IMG/VR virus record: IMGVR_UViG_3300034683_000192
Coordinates: 135,881 to 199,880 of that record
Source: a virus
Length of the DNA: 64,000 bases
Reading direction: 5' to 3' (one strand)
In this document: positions 19,623 to 28,336 of the stretch, one piece after another
Position numbering within the stretch: position 1 is the first letter of the stretch
Layout of the letters: every line of letters begins with the position of its first letter
Program-made: the position numbers and the translations under genes
The notes under the pieces: generated by a model
What the model was told of the DNA's origin: nothing
Databases searched by the model: none
What the model saw: only the letters and a program-made list of their open reading frames with translations

Positions 19623-19895
19623 TTATTTTTTCTTGAGAGTTGCGGCTGCCACCAGTCGATTGTCTCGTTCGATGTACGCCATGAGAACATCGCCTTCAGC
19701 GTCGATGGTCACGACTGTGGATGCAAACCTTGCGGTCTGTGACAAAGTAGGAAGTTCTCCATGATGGCGCATGTACATCCTGGTGGCGAGTAGGGCATCG
19801 TGCACCCATGACCGATTGGCCATGTCCGGTTCAAGTATTTCTATCGACTGTAATTCACCAAGAGAGGCGAGGCTCTCTTTCGTGCGGACGAACAT
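19623..19895 (-). CDS. Hypothetical protein
   Basis: 90 aa, operon packing. Confidence 0.65.
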   Translation of the reverse strand: MFVRTKESLASLGELQSIEILEPDMANRSWVHDALLATRMYMRHHGELPTLSQTARFASTVVTIDAEGDVLMAYIERDNRLVAAATLKKK

Positions 19896-19898
19896 GTA

Positions 19899-20306
19899 CT
19901 ACCCCCGTACTGCTTCCATGGAAGTGATTCCTTCGTATCCGACGAACTCAGGAATGTGGATGTTCGTCTTGGTCATTGCGGTGATCATGCAGACCAGATC
20001 ATTCCCGCGGCCGACATAGACCTCGAGGTAGTATTCGGTGATTTGATCGTAACGATCCTTATCACCGTCACCGAGTTCAATGACGGAGACATCCACATCC
20101 AACCATTCGAATGCATTGAACCAGTAATTCGTGACGGTACCTCTACGCAGCTGCTCCATCGCAGCACGGAAGATGTTTATACCGATCATTCTGGTAATGG
20201 TCGGACAAAAGGACTCGATCTTCGTCGGAACTGCGAAGTTCATCAGCACCTGAAGGGCCTTCTGCTTTTCTTCCGTATCCGTCTTGCAAGTCACTTTCAT
20301 TCGCAT
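19899..20306 (-). CDS. Hypothetical protein
   Basis: 135 aa, GGAGG RBS. Confidence 0.75.
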   Translation of the reverse strand: MRMKVTCKTDTEEKQKALQVLMNFAVPTKIESFCPTITRMIGINIFRAAMEQLRRGTVTNYWFNAFEWLDVDVSVIELGDGDKDRYDQITEYYLEVYVGRGNDLVCMITAMTKTNIHIPEFVGYEGITSMEAVRG

Positions 20307-20349
20307 ATGTCATTCCTCCTACTGAATGAATAGTTTACGTTCTAATTCG

Positions 20350-20359
20350 GTAATATATA
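20350..20359 (-). promoter_or_regulatory. Putative early promoter TATATATTAC
   Basis: Intergenic, about 45 nt upstream of the ORF starting at 20306. Confidence 0.65.
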
Positions 20360-20394
20360 CTCAATCTAGGTATGATTAATACTTACAAACAATC

Positions 20395-20426
20395 TCTAGA
20401 TGGTCCCCGTGAGGAGACCATCTAGA
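20395..20426. terminator. Hairpin ending the structural operon
   Basis: tctagatggtc...gaccatctaga. Confidence 0.65.
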
Positions 20427-20430
20427 TACA

Positions 20431-21768
20431 CTAATCGTCGGTCGGAGAGAGCCGAAGTACGTAGGCTGTGTCAACTGTGTAAATGTACTTACTCTTTCTA
20501 TCGAAGATGCGTGTAGTCGATCTCACGGATTCAACTACACCTTCAGTCGTCTGGTACTGACTGTCTTTATCAAAGTGATAATGAACTCGTTCACCAGGAA
20601 TGAAAGTAAACGGTTCGGACATCAGCCATCCAGAGGAAAGAATCGTACAATCGTATTCTGCCATTTGACTGGCTAGAACGTATGCGTTGTTTGTCGATGA
20701 TTCGTAGAATGCACCTTGAGATTGTGCAGACATGCTTCTGTTTGCTGCAAGTCCACATCCTAAGATGTTCTTATCTGAAAATGTTCCTTTTGCTCCGTTG
20801 GTAGTTCTACCAATATCTAGAGCCATATCTGTGCGAGTGGTTACTCGGTAAGTACCGAATATCTCTGCACCTTTAGTGGCCATATCTACAGACTGCACAT
20901 CTACGTTATTCACGAGATGCATCACGTCGCCATCTTTGTAGTGATATCCTTTCATCCCTAAGTATTTCGATGAAGGGACGTTGTAGATGTGTGTTACTTC
21001 TGGCTTGATTGATTTGTCTGGTTTTGTCTCGTATGGTGGATAGATGTAGAATACACCACCTGTATAGTAGTGCGCTACGCCCTTACTATAGATTCCGAAG
21101 TTCTCTTGAATATACTCGAAGATCGTGGTAAGATCGTGCATTGGTGGAATAAGAAATGACTTCCTTCTCTGTTTGTTGTGAGGAGGAATCATCGAAATAT
21201 TCTTTATTCCCAATGCGTTGAGTACGTAGTAAATGACATCGAGTACTGTACAATCCTTAAGAAGAGCATTGATCTGTTTCTTCCTTAAATCGTACAAGTC
21301 TTTTTCGATAAGTTGAACTGACATGGATATCATTCGTCCATGTACAGATTCTGGAGTGTAATGTTCATCAGATTCGAGCATCGCTGATTTAGTGTACTGC
21401 TTAAGCAAATCACCAGCATTAGCGATGACAACTCTGTAGGTAAAACTTATTGGAAGACTACCGTCGATGATTTCAAATGGATCCAGATTGACTCTTGTGT
21501 ATTTTACGGTACACAAGAGATCTTGATAATTCTCACACAGAAGGATTGCTTCTGGCGCCGTTATTTCTAGGACCATCTGAATTTCATCTGCGAACTTTCT
21601 GACGAAATCCTGATGAACCTCTATTGTCGGAACATACCTCAACTGTATGTTCACTGAAGGATTTGAAGAAGAATATAGAGTACAGTCCATGATAAAGTAG
21701 TTGGATTCTACTTTAGTTAGTACGCTCTCTACATTCTTCTCCATGATGCGGCTCATCGGAGTAATCAT
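20431..21768 (-). CDS. Probable baseplate hub-like virion protein (phiKZ gp164-like)
   Basis: 445 aa; QDFVRKFADEI and IQENFGIYSKG...YIYPPY motifs recalled for this family; beta-rich. Confidence 0.55.
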   Translation of the reverse strand: MITPMSRIMEKNVESVLTKVESNYFIMDCTLYSSSNPSVNIQLRYVPTIEVHQDFVRKFADEIQMVLEITAPEAILLCENYQDLLCTVKYTRVNLDPFEIIDGSLPISFTYRVVIANAGDLLKQYTKSAMLESDEHYTPESVHGRMISMSVQLIEKDLYDLRKKQINALLKDCTVLDVIYYVLNALGIKNISMIPPHNKQRRKSFLIPPMHDLTTIFEYIQENFGIYSKGVAHYYTGGVFYIYPPYETKPDKSIKPEVTHIYNVPSSKYLGMKGYHYKDGDVMHLVNNVDVQSVDMATKGAEIFGTYRVTTRTDMALDIGRTTNGAKGTFSDKNILGCGLAANRSMSAQSQGAFYESSTNNAYVLASQMAEYDCTILSSGWLMSEPFTFIPGERVHYHFDKDSQYQTTEGVVESVRSTTRIFDRKSKYIYTVDTAYVLRLSPTDD

Positions 21769-22205
21769 GCGTTATGCGCCTGCTGAAGAAGTGTGGCAAA
21801 TGGAGATTTCTCAAACCTTTTCTGGTCAGGATACATCTTCGCCAATATCTCCGCCTTTGTACACATGACTTTGTAGAGCTCGTGTGCTTTCTTGTTGAAT
21901 TCGAGTATTGCTCGATCTCGTGGTTTCTCTTCGTGCATGTGTTCAAGATACCACTTGAGATTTCTCTTGATGTCGACGATATCCCCATTATAGAGAATGG
22001 TAAACGGGATCTTATTGAAATGCAGATCGACGAGATGAACTATCGCGTAAAGTCCACGACAGGTCTCACCATCGATTGGACTGTAGACAGGACCTGCGGT
22101 ATTCTCAGCAAAAAAATACGGAGAGAGTACTCCGTAGTTTGCAGGAACATCTCCTATTAGGTACCCACGATAATTGACGTGGTCGACTATGGACGCGAAA
22201 TACAT
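21765..22205 (-). CDS. Hypothetical protein coupled to the hub gene
   Basis: 146 aa, overlapping neighbours. Confidence 0.7.
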   Translation of the reverse strand: MYFASIVDHVNYRGYLIGDVPANYGVLSPYFFAENTAGPVYSPIDGETCRGLYAIVHLVDLHFNKIPFTILYNGDIVDIKRNLKWYLEHMHEEKPRDRAILEFNKKAHELYKVMCTKAEILAKMYPDQKRFEKSPFATLLQQAHNA

Positions 22206-23476
22206 CTGGATTTTCCTCGGAGTGTATTGATCGCCACATTTGCAAGTTCAATATAGATTGGGTATGTGTAAAACATCATCATGTCCGACATATGCTGAGT
22301 ATCTTTGACTAGTGTCAGTACTTCAGTCGGATTGATTGCACGATCGGTGATGTAGGTATAGAGAATCCTTTCAAGAGGAGTCATGCTGTCTTTGTTTCTC
22401 GTGTAGAATGCATTGCTCAGTACGTAGTATTCTTCGCCTTCTGGATCGAGTGCGATATACCATCGATTGATGAGTGCGGTATGGTCAACTGCCAGTGCAT
22501 TCGCAGCGAGATATTTCTTTTTGAATTTGGGTACAATTAGAGAAAACGTTTCGAGTATATCCGTTTTGAACTGGTACCAAATGGAGTCATCGTAATCCTG
22601 CAGACGACGGAAGATTTGTTGAGGTCGCATCTTCACTTCTTTGTACGTAAGCAGTTTCTTCATGAATTCGCCTACGTAAGGATCATACACTCCATCAGGT
22701 CGTACAAATGCTCTCCAATCTTCATTGAAGAACTTTCGAATATAGAGTTTTATCAGAGCTGCTCTGATTTGCTCAAACGACATTACGTCGAGGTACGTCT
22801 GCTCTTTGAGAAGTGTGTATGTGTCGTTTCCGGGGTAGGATACTTTTTCGAAGATGAATGTTTCTCTTACCCCAGAATCCAACCGACGGATGATCAGATC
22901 AGTAGCAAGATTCAGGATCTCGAAACCGATCTTGTAACAGCGATTCTGTCTGTAAGTCATTGGGGTCTTATCATTGACCTTGAACTCACCGACATTTCCA
23001 TCATCGAGCTGCATCAAGAACTGATCACCGACGTTCGGTTCAAATCCAGGATAAACGACAGCTTCACCATTCAGATCGAAACTATTGTCTTCTGGATTGA
23101 ATGTCGGCTGAAGAGAATCCTGCAGTCTCATTTCAAAGTGCAGAATCTTGGTAAAGTCCTTATGTACAGGATTCCCCATGGGCTGTATGTCCGCTGGGGA
23201 AGTGCGAATATCCTGCTCTGGCTGATTCACGTGGTAATACGTGACCGTGACAGGAATACCCTCGACATACGTCATGAGATCCCGAAAGGTATTCTCGTAT
23301 TGATCTATGTTGAGCGCAGTCCTTGTAGAGAAGGTATTCGATATGTGCGCAAGTGCAGCTAAGTCACCGTCGGTGGTGACATTATCGTTGTTCGGAATGA
23401 TCCGGTCAGTTTCTTTAAGTTCTGTATTTTGCGACGATGTCGCCGATGAGTTGCCGGAGCGGCCGATAAGAGTCAT
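22187..23476 (-). CDS. Virion neck/head-completion protein (phiKZ gp101-like)
   Basis: TYVEGIPVTVTYY, VYPGFEPNVGDQF, DDGNVGEF motifs; start 23476 with GGAGG RBS. Confidence 0.7.
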   Translation of the reverse strand: MTLIGRSGNSSATSSQNTELKETDRIIPNNDNVTTDGDLAALAHISNTFSTRTALNIDQYENTFRDLMTYVEGIPVTVTYYHVNQPEQDIRTSPADIQPMGNPVHKDFTKILHFEMRLQDSLQPTFNPEDNSFDLNGEAVVYPGFEPNVGDQFLMQLDDGNVGEFKVNDKTPMTYRQNRCYKIGFEILNLATDLIIRRLDSGVRETFIFEKVSYPGNDTYTLLKEQTYLDVMSFEQIRAALIKLYIRKFFNEDWRAFVRPDGVYDPYVGEFMKKLLTYKEVKMRPQQIFRRLQDYDDSIWYQFKTDILETFSLIVPKFKKKYLAANALAVDHTALINRWYIALDPEGEEYYVLSNAFYTRNKDSMTPLERILYTYITDRAINPTEVLTLVKDTQHMSDMMMFYTYPIYIELANVAINTLRGKSRCISRP

Positions 23477-24959
23477 TGAGACCTCCGAGGACGTTGAATT
23501 TCGGATCCTTGATTGTACCAGTGGAAGTATCCACGAGTCCATTATCCAGTAGATTCTGAATCTGTTTGGACACAGTAAAGAACGGCCACTTGTCAAGGAT
23601 TAGATCGTACCACTCAGGATTGAGAAACCGAATGTCCGTGATTTCATAAAGAACGATTCGGTATTGTTTGTGGATATTGAATCCAGGAAACTTAAGAGTG
23701 AGGTCCTCTGTAAGTTCGAGTTGTTCGACTTCTATCGGAATATCGTTCGCAAAAACCTCAATACGGACGAGACAATCATCTCTGAATGATTTTTGTCCTT
23801 GCCGTTTGAGTACTTCTACGATAGTCGGATGAAGTCTGTATCCTTCATCAGTGTCGAGTATTCCAGATAGATTCTCTGCTGTCATCTCGCCTGGAGTTTC
23901 ATTGACGATACATCCAGCGATAAGAAATTCCCGATACGACTTTTTGTAAACAATTCCTCTAGGAATCATCCAATCGTCGTAATAAGGAAGAACGATAGGA
24001 GTTGGACGAGGTCCAATGTTCTGAACTCGAAATTGTTCTTCCTGTTCTTTCTCCGGGAAAGTTCCATCGAGATTTCTGAAGGGAATATCTGTATCCCTTT
24101 TAAGGATCAGAAATTCAGGAATCATTTGGTTGTCAACAACGTGAGGATACTGCAAACACATACAGTCAACTCGATTGTACTGCATGTGCAGAACAAAGCG
24201 AGTCTGGTATGCATTCGGAGATCTTCCGTTCTTGACTTCTTCTGGTTTGTCTTCAGTATATTCAAGCTGTACTGTACAGTAGATGTTGGTCTTGGGAATA
24301 ATCAGTTCAACGTTTCGATTCACTTCGGATCGACTCACGTTTCGCTGAATAATCCCTTGTGATCCCGCTGTAAGGTAATCCCAAAATGACAAATTCGGAT
24401 TCTTAGTGAATCTGCGCAATTTGTAAAGACCATATAGCGACACCAGAATGTCTTGCGGTATCGGATAATCGTACTTTACAGTTTCTGTGTATACGTGACC
24501 ACCAGAAAATCTACGGTACAGTAATGTTGGTATTTCGTATGCTTGATCGCGGCTCACAAGTTCTATTTCAAATTCCATCGCGACATACGCAGGTACTGCC
24601 ATTTCGAGAAGTCGGATGGATGAAACGGGATCCACAAATACTGGTGGGTATTTGTTTCCAAGATCATGTTTATTGATGTATTGCCCGGTATGAACAGCTA
24701 CACCAGCAGCATCCCACTTTACATTCGCTGGGTTTGTATTGGGATGTGCTTTGACCATGATCTTGTTATTGCGGAAAATTGTACTGTGATCGTTGTCAGT
24801 AGCTTGTTGCGCGACACTGTACGATGTATCGATGTACAGCTTATTGTCCATCGGGGTTAATGGATTGATGTCGTTCAGGATCTTATGCACCATCTGTTTG
24901 ACCACAACATCGTGGATGTGTTCGGTCATTTCGGTAATCGGAGAATATCTGACCGGCAT
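23415..24959 (-). CDS. Virion structural protein (phiKZ gp99-like)
   Basis: MPVRYSP start with GGAGG RBS; upstream of the gp101-like gene and divergent from the gp98-like gene. Confidence 0.6.
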   Translation of the reverse strand: MPVRYSPITEMTEHIHDVVVKQMVHKILNDINPLTPMDNKLYIDTSYSVAQQATDNDHSTIFRNNKIMVKAHPNTNPANVKWDAAGVAVHTGQYINKHDLGNKYPPVFVDPVSSIRLLEMAVPAYVAMEFEIELVSRDQAYEIPTLLYRRFSGGHVYTETVKYDYPIPQDILVSLYGLYKLRRFTKNPNLSFWDYLTAGSQGIIQRNVSRSEVNRNVELIIPKTNIYCTVQLEYTEDKPEEVKNGRSPNAYQTRFVLHMQYNRVDCMCLQYPHVVDNQMIPEFLILKRDTDIPFRNLDGTFPEKEQEEQFRVQNIGPRPTPIVLPYYDDWMIPRGIVYKKSYREFLIAGCIVNETPGEMTAENLSGILDTDEGYRLHPTIVEVLKRQGQKSFRDDCLVRIEVFANDIPIEVEQLELTEDLTLKFPGFNIHKQYRIVLYEITDIRFLNPEWYDLILDKWPFFTVSKQIQNLLDNGLVDTSTGTIKDPKFNVLGGLNDSYRPLRQLIGDIVAKYRT

Positions 24960-25037
24960 TGTGGCCTCCAAAAATACCTGAATGTATGGAAAATGAATCG
25001 CATATCATGTAAGTTAGACCCTTAGGAGGGTAAAATA

Positions 25038-25850
25038 ATGTCCAACGATGAAGGTATAATGTCAGCGCTCTTTCATCTCGGAAATGATAATCCGAGTAAT
25101 CCTGTCGAACAGACCGCAGATACCGATATCATTGAATTGACCAATCCAGAACCAGCTTCTTCGAAAATCACAGACTTTGAAATAAAGTTTGTGGGTATCT
25201 CCAAAGCATCTGGAGAAGAACCACTTGCACCAAATCCCAAAACGTTGAAAATATTCCAAAAATTCAATGATATCGTTATCGCAATAGATGCACTCCATGC
25301 GGAGTATCTTGAACTTTTCGAGAACGAAAACGTACCTACGTTTACTATGGATCGAGTACTCACAGAAATGCAGTTGTGTTTCGTAGAGTACCTCTCGAAT
25401 AGAAAGACGAGACTTCATCCAATCGTCAACATGCTCACCATGTGTGAGAGTTTTCTTATTCCGAGGTTTTACAAACTCGCATACAACGATATTTCCGAAC
25501 CAGAAACTCGGAAACAGCATGGAGATCGAGTTCAGGCGATTGCCGCCATCATGAAGATGCTGCAAGTCACATTCTTTGAAAAATTCGATACTCCTGGTGT
25601 AGGAATGATTTCGCGATATACCGCGATCAGTCTTCACAAATACAATGAAGATTTGATTCCTACCGATAAGAATACACTCATCGATGTTATCAATCTCTGT
25701 ATGTGTCAAATGATACAGGGAAAGATTCCGACTGTTGACGTTACCGCTGATGTTACAATTCCCGACATGCTGTTCTGGTGTCTTACTGCGCTTGCAGAAC
25801 AAGAAGTCAATATCTTAGAAGAAGTCACTACTTACCTGAATCGCAGATAG
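25038..25850 (+). CDS. Probable head protein (phiKZ gp98-like)
   Basis: 270 aa, divergent from the gp99-like gene; candidate prohead protease site SGE/E. Confidence 0.45.
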   Translation: MSNDEGIMSALFHLGNDNPSNPVEQTADTDIIELTNPEPASSKITDFEIKFVGISKASGEEPLAPNPKTLKIFQKFNDIVIAIDALHAEYLELFENENVPTFTMDRVLTEMQLCFVEYLSNRKTRLHPIVNMLTMCESFLIPRFYKLAYNDISEPETRKQHGDRVQAIAAIMKMLQVTFFEKFDTPGVGMISRYTAISLHKYNEDLIPTDKNTLIDVINLCMCQMIQGKIPTVDVTADVTIPDMLFWCLTALAEQEVNILEEVTTYLNRR

Positions 25851-25861
25851 GAGCAGCATAA

Positions 25862-26722
25862 ATGCCCACTCTCATATCAACAGTAATTCTGAGATCGAAA
25901 ACTCACGCTGAATGGGATGCAGAAAATCCAGTAATACTTACCGGATATGGTGCATATTCCACAGATACCAGAGAAGTCAAAATAGGTGATGGTACAACTC
26001 ACTGGAGAGAGCTTACTTCCAGTCCTTATGGAAGTGTGGTTGGTCCGCACGCCGAACTTCATCTTCCAAATGGAATTGACCCAGTCACAGATGTGCAACT
26101 TGAAGATGGTTCGAGTGCAAAAGATCTCGGGCAACTCAAAGCACGACTCGGTGAGTTTGTTCAGAATGCACAACTCAATACATTCACCAAATCTGGAGCA
26201 TTTCCGATATCCGCTGTAGGTATGGTGGATGGTCCTGTTACAAATGCTGGAGGAATTCTCATCGTATTCGCGGTAAGCGAATCATACGTTTACCAAGAGT
26301 ACATTGAACTTGGTGTCTCCAAATTCCGGTACTGGAGAGTGAGTCAGGGTAGTGTCTGGACTTCATGGAAAGAAGTTGCGACTACTGCAGATCTTGCGGC
26401 TATTCGTGATGAACTTCTTCAGCAATTCAGTGACTATGTCAGTACAAATACTTTCGTTTCCGCAGTGGACGCAATAAATGCAGAACTTACATCCATTCGT
26501 GAAAACGTGTCTGACGAAATCTCACTTGACAATTCTGCGATCTTTGCATCTGCAAAATCTGTCAAGCTTTTGAATGATCAACTTACGACCGCTCTTGCTG
26601 GAAAAGCAAATACCGCACATACACATACTGCGGATCAGGTTGGACTTCCATATATCCAATACTCTACACTCGATCCTACGGGTGGTGTCAATAACACGAT
26701 ACACATCAAGCTGATTGCTTAG
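25862..26722 (+). CDS. Tail fibre protein: Mtd_N-like N-terminus, pyocin-knob-like domain, fibre repeat, HTH repeat
   Basis: AEWDAENPVI...TDTREVKIGDGTTHW; YQEY...YWRV..GSVWTSWKEV; SDEISLDNSAIFASAKSVK; KANTAHTHTADQVG. Confidence 0.8.
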   Translation: MPTLISTVILRSKTHAEWDAENPVILTGYGAYSTDTREVKIGDGTTHWRELTSSPYGSVVGPHAELHLPNGIDPVTDVQLEDGSSAKDLGQLKARLGEFVQNAQLNTFTKSGAFPISAVGMVDGPVTNAGGILIVFAVSESYVYQEYIELGVSKFRYWRVSQGSVWTSWKEVATTADLAAIRDELLQQFSDYVSTNTFVSAVDAINAELTSIRENVSDEISLDNSAIFASAKSVKLLNDQLTTALAGKANTAHTHTADQVGLPYIQYSTLDPTGGVNNTIHIKLIA

Positions 26723-26734
26723 AAAGGAGTCCAC

Positions 26735-27697
26735 ATGTCAACCACTTGCCTGTTCTACAATCAGCACACAGCTCTTGCTGTATACGATTCAATAATACTC
26801 AATCTCGAACCTACTGATCGACCAGTACTGAGAAGTATTGGTTCCCAGTATGATTTTTTGAAGTTTGATGAAATAGATGGCGTAGTTTTATCTGGTGGGT
26901 GCAATGTGACCACAGGGGGAATCGACGTTCGTCTTACTGAACAAGATATTGAAGATGTTCGTACATTTCTCCAACAGAAGTACGATGAAGAAAAGTACTC
27001 AGTATACTTGTTCGACAAAAATCGAAGATTTCTTCATGTCGCACGAAAATATACTGTCACCGATCCGGAAATGTCAGTAATTCCACTAACCATACGTACC
27101 ACCAAGGTACCATCTGAGACAGATATCATAATTCCAGGTACAGATACATTTGATCGAGCATATCTCGCTATCGATGCCGATGGTACATACTCGATCCTTC
27201 CTGGAGTACTGAAAGAATCTCACAAGGTTCTGTGTACTGAAGAAGAATTTCTCGAAAACTGGGATATACCAGAGCATCAATGCAAGTACGACTTTGCGTC
27301 GTCCGCATGGATAGATATTCGTTCTCTTGAATCGTATATGAACGAACTCTCACTTGAAATTCGTACTCATTTTGAAGGGGTTCGCTGGAAAGCGTGGAAT
27401 AAATACGTTCCTCAGTACGACCAAGCTACGTGGGCGTCACAGTTGACGGAAGCTACTGCATGGCTCAAAGACAACACAGAAGAAACGCCATACATTGATC
27501 TCTTCTTGGCTGGACGAGATACTCCTCCTACAAAAGAAGAACTGTGTTTGGATATCGTGAATAACAACCACCAGTTCAAATTGGTGATGGCACCAATAAA
27601 CTCAGAACAGTGGAATTGGCTCGATAAGATCAAAGTAGCCAAAACCAATTCCGAACTTGACACCATTCGTGCACAATTCCGAAACTCTGTGAAGTGA
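26735..27697 (+). CDS. Tail fibre assembly/chaperone-like protein
   Basis: C-terminal TWASQLTEATAWL...TPYID...KEEL...I pattern of Tfa-like chaperones; paralog of 61633..62574. Confidence 0.65.
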   Translation: MSTTCLFYNQHTALAVYDSIILNLEPTDRPVLRSIGSQYDFLKFDEIDGVVLSGGCNVTTGGIDVRLTEQDIEDVRTFLQQKYDEEKYSVYLFDKNRRFLHVARKYTVTDPEMSVIPLTIRTTKVPSETDIIIPGTDTFDRAYLAIDADGTYSILPGVLKESHKVLCTEEEFLENWDIPEHQCKYDFASSAWIDIRSLESYMNELSLEIRTHFEGVRWKAWNKYVPQYDQATWASQLTEATAWLKDNTEETPYIDLFLAGRDTPPTKEELCLDIVNNNHQFKLVMAPINSEQWNWLDKIKVAKTNSELDTIRAQFRNSVK

Positions 27698-27701
27698 ACC
27701 G

Positions 27702-27731
27702 CATGTGCTTGCCCGAAAAGGCAAGCACATG
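27702..27731. terminator. Hairpin
   Basis: catgtgcttgcc...ggcaagcacatg. Confidence 0.7.
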
Positions 27732-27779
27732 TTCTACCAAATATAATGTATCATAATCATTAACCAGTGGAGATTTACC

Positions 27780-28286
27780 ATGTCCGTTCTCGTAAATATT
27801 GGCGGCACGTGGAAGACGGCTGACAAGATATTTGTGAAGATAAATGACAGTTGGAAAGAATCTGAAAATATATTTGTCAAAACTAACGACATCTGGACTC
27901 CAGCATATTCCTTTTCTTGGAGTATTGGTAGTTGGAGTACTTGTACAGTTTCGTGTGGTGGTGGTACGCAGTCTCGTACTGTCGAGTGCCGTAGAAATGA
28001 CAACAAACTCGTAAATGACGCATTATGTACTACCACAAAACCAATAACTTCACAATCTTGCAATACACAAGCATGTGCTGCTCCAGAGTGTAGATATTCT
28101 GGAATGGACCCTAACTATACTTGGTTTATTACGTCTGGTCAGTCGTGGCTTTATTGGGGAGGAGCTTCTCCATTTGCAAAAATAAGTCAAAGTGCTACAT
28201 CTTACACATATGGCGGATATTTGTACACTAAAGGTGTACTTATGCAATCTACTACTCTATTTCAAATATGCCGTACACCAGTGTAG
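27780..28286 (+). CDS. Thrombospondin type-1 (ADAMTS-type TSR) domain protein; putative tail-tip adhesin
   Basis: WSIGSWSTCTVSCGGGTQSRTVECRRNDNKLVNDALC...PITSQSCNTQAC with 6 Cys and the WxxxxW, CSxSCG and RxR pattern; N-terminal (VKxNxxW)x3. Confidence 0.88.
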   Translation: MSVLVNIGGTWKTADKIFVKINDSWKESENIFVKTNDIWTPAYSFSWSIGSWSTCTVSCGGGTQSRTVECRRNDNKLVNDALCTTTKPITSQSCNTQACAAPECRYSGMDPNYTWFITSGQSWLYWGGASPFAKISQSATSYTYGGYLYTKGVLMQSTTLFQICRTPV

Positions 28287-28336
28287 ATACATACAAGAGA
28301 TAATTACCATATAGACTTTATACTGGGAGATCATAA

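Noticed and set aside
25862-28286. Diversity-generating retroelement suggested by the Mtd_N-like domain
   Set aside because: Only the Mtd N-terminal anchor is present; no reverse transcriptase or template/variable repeat pair seen in the window
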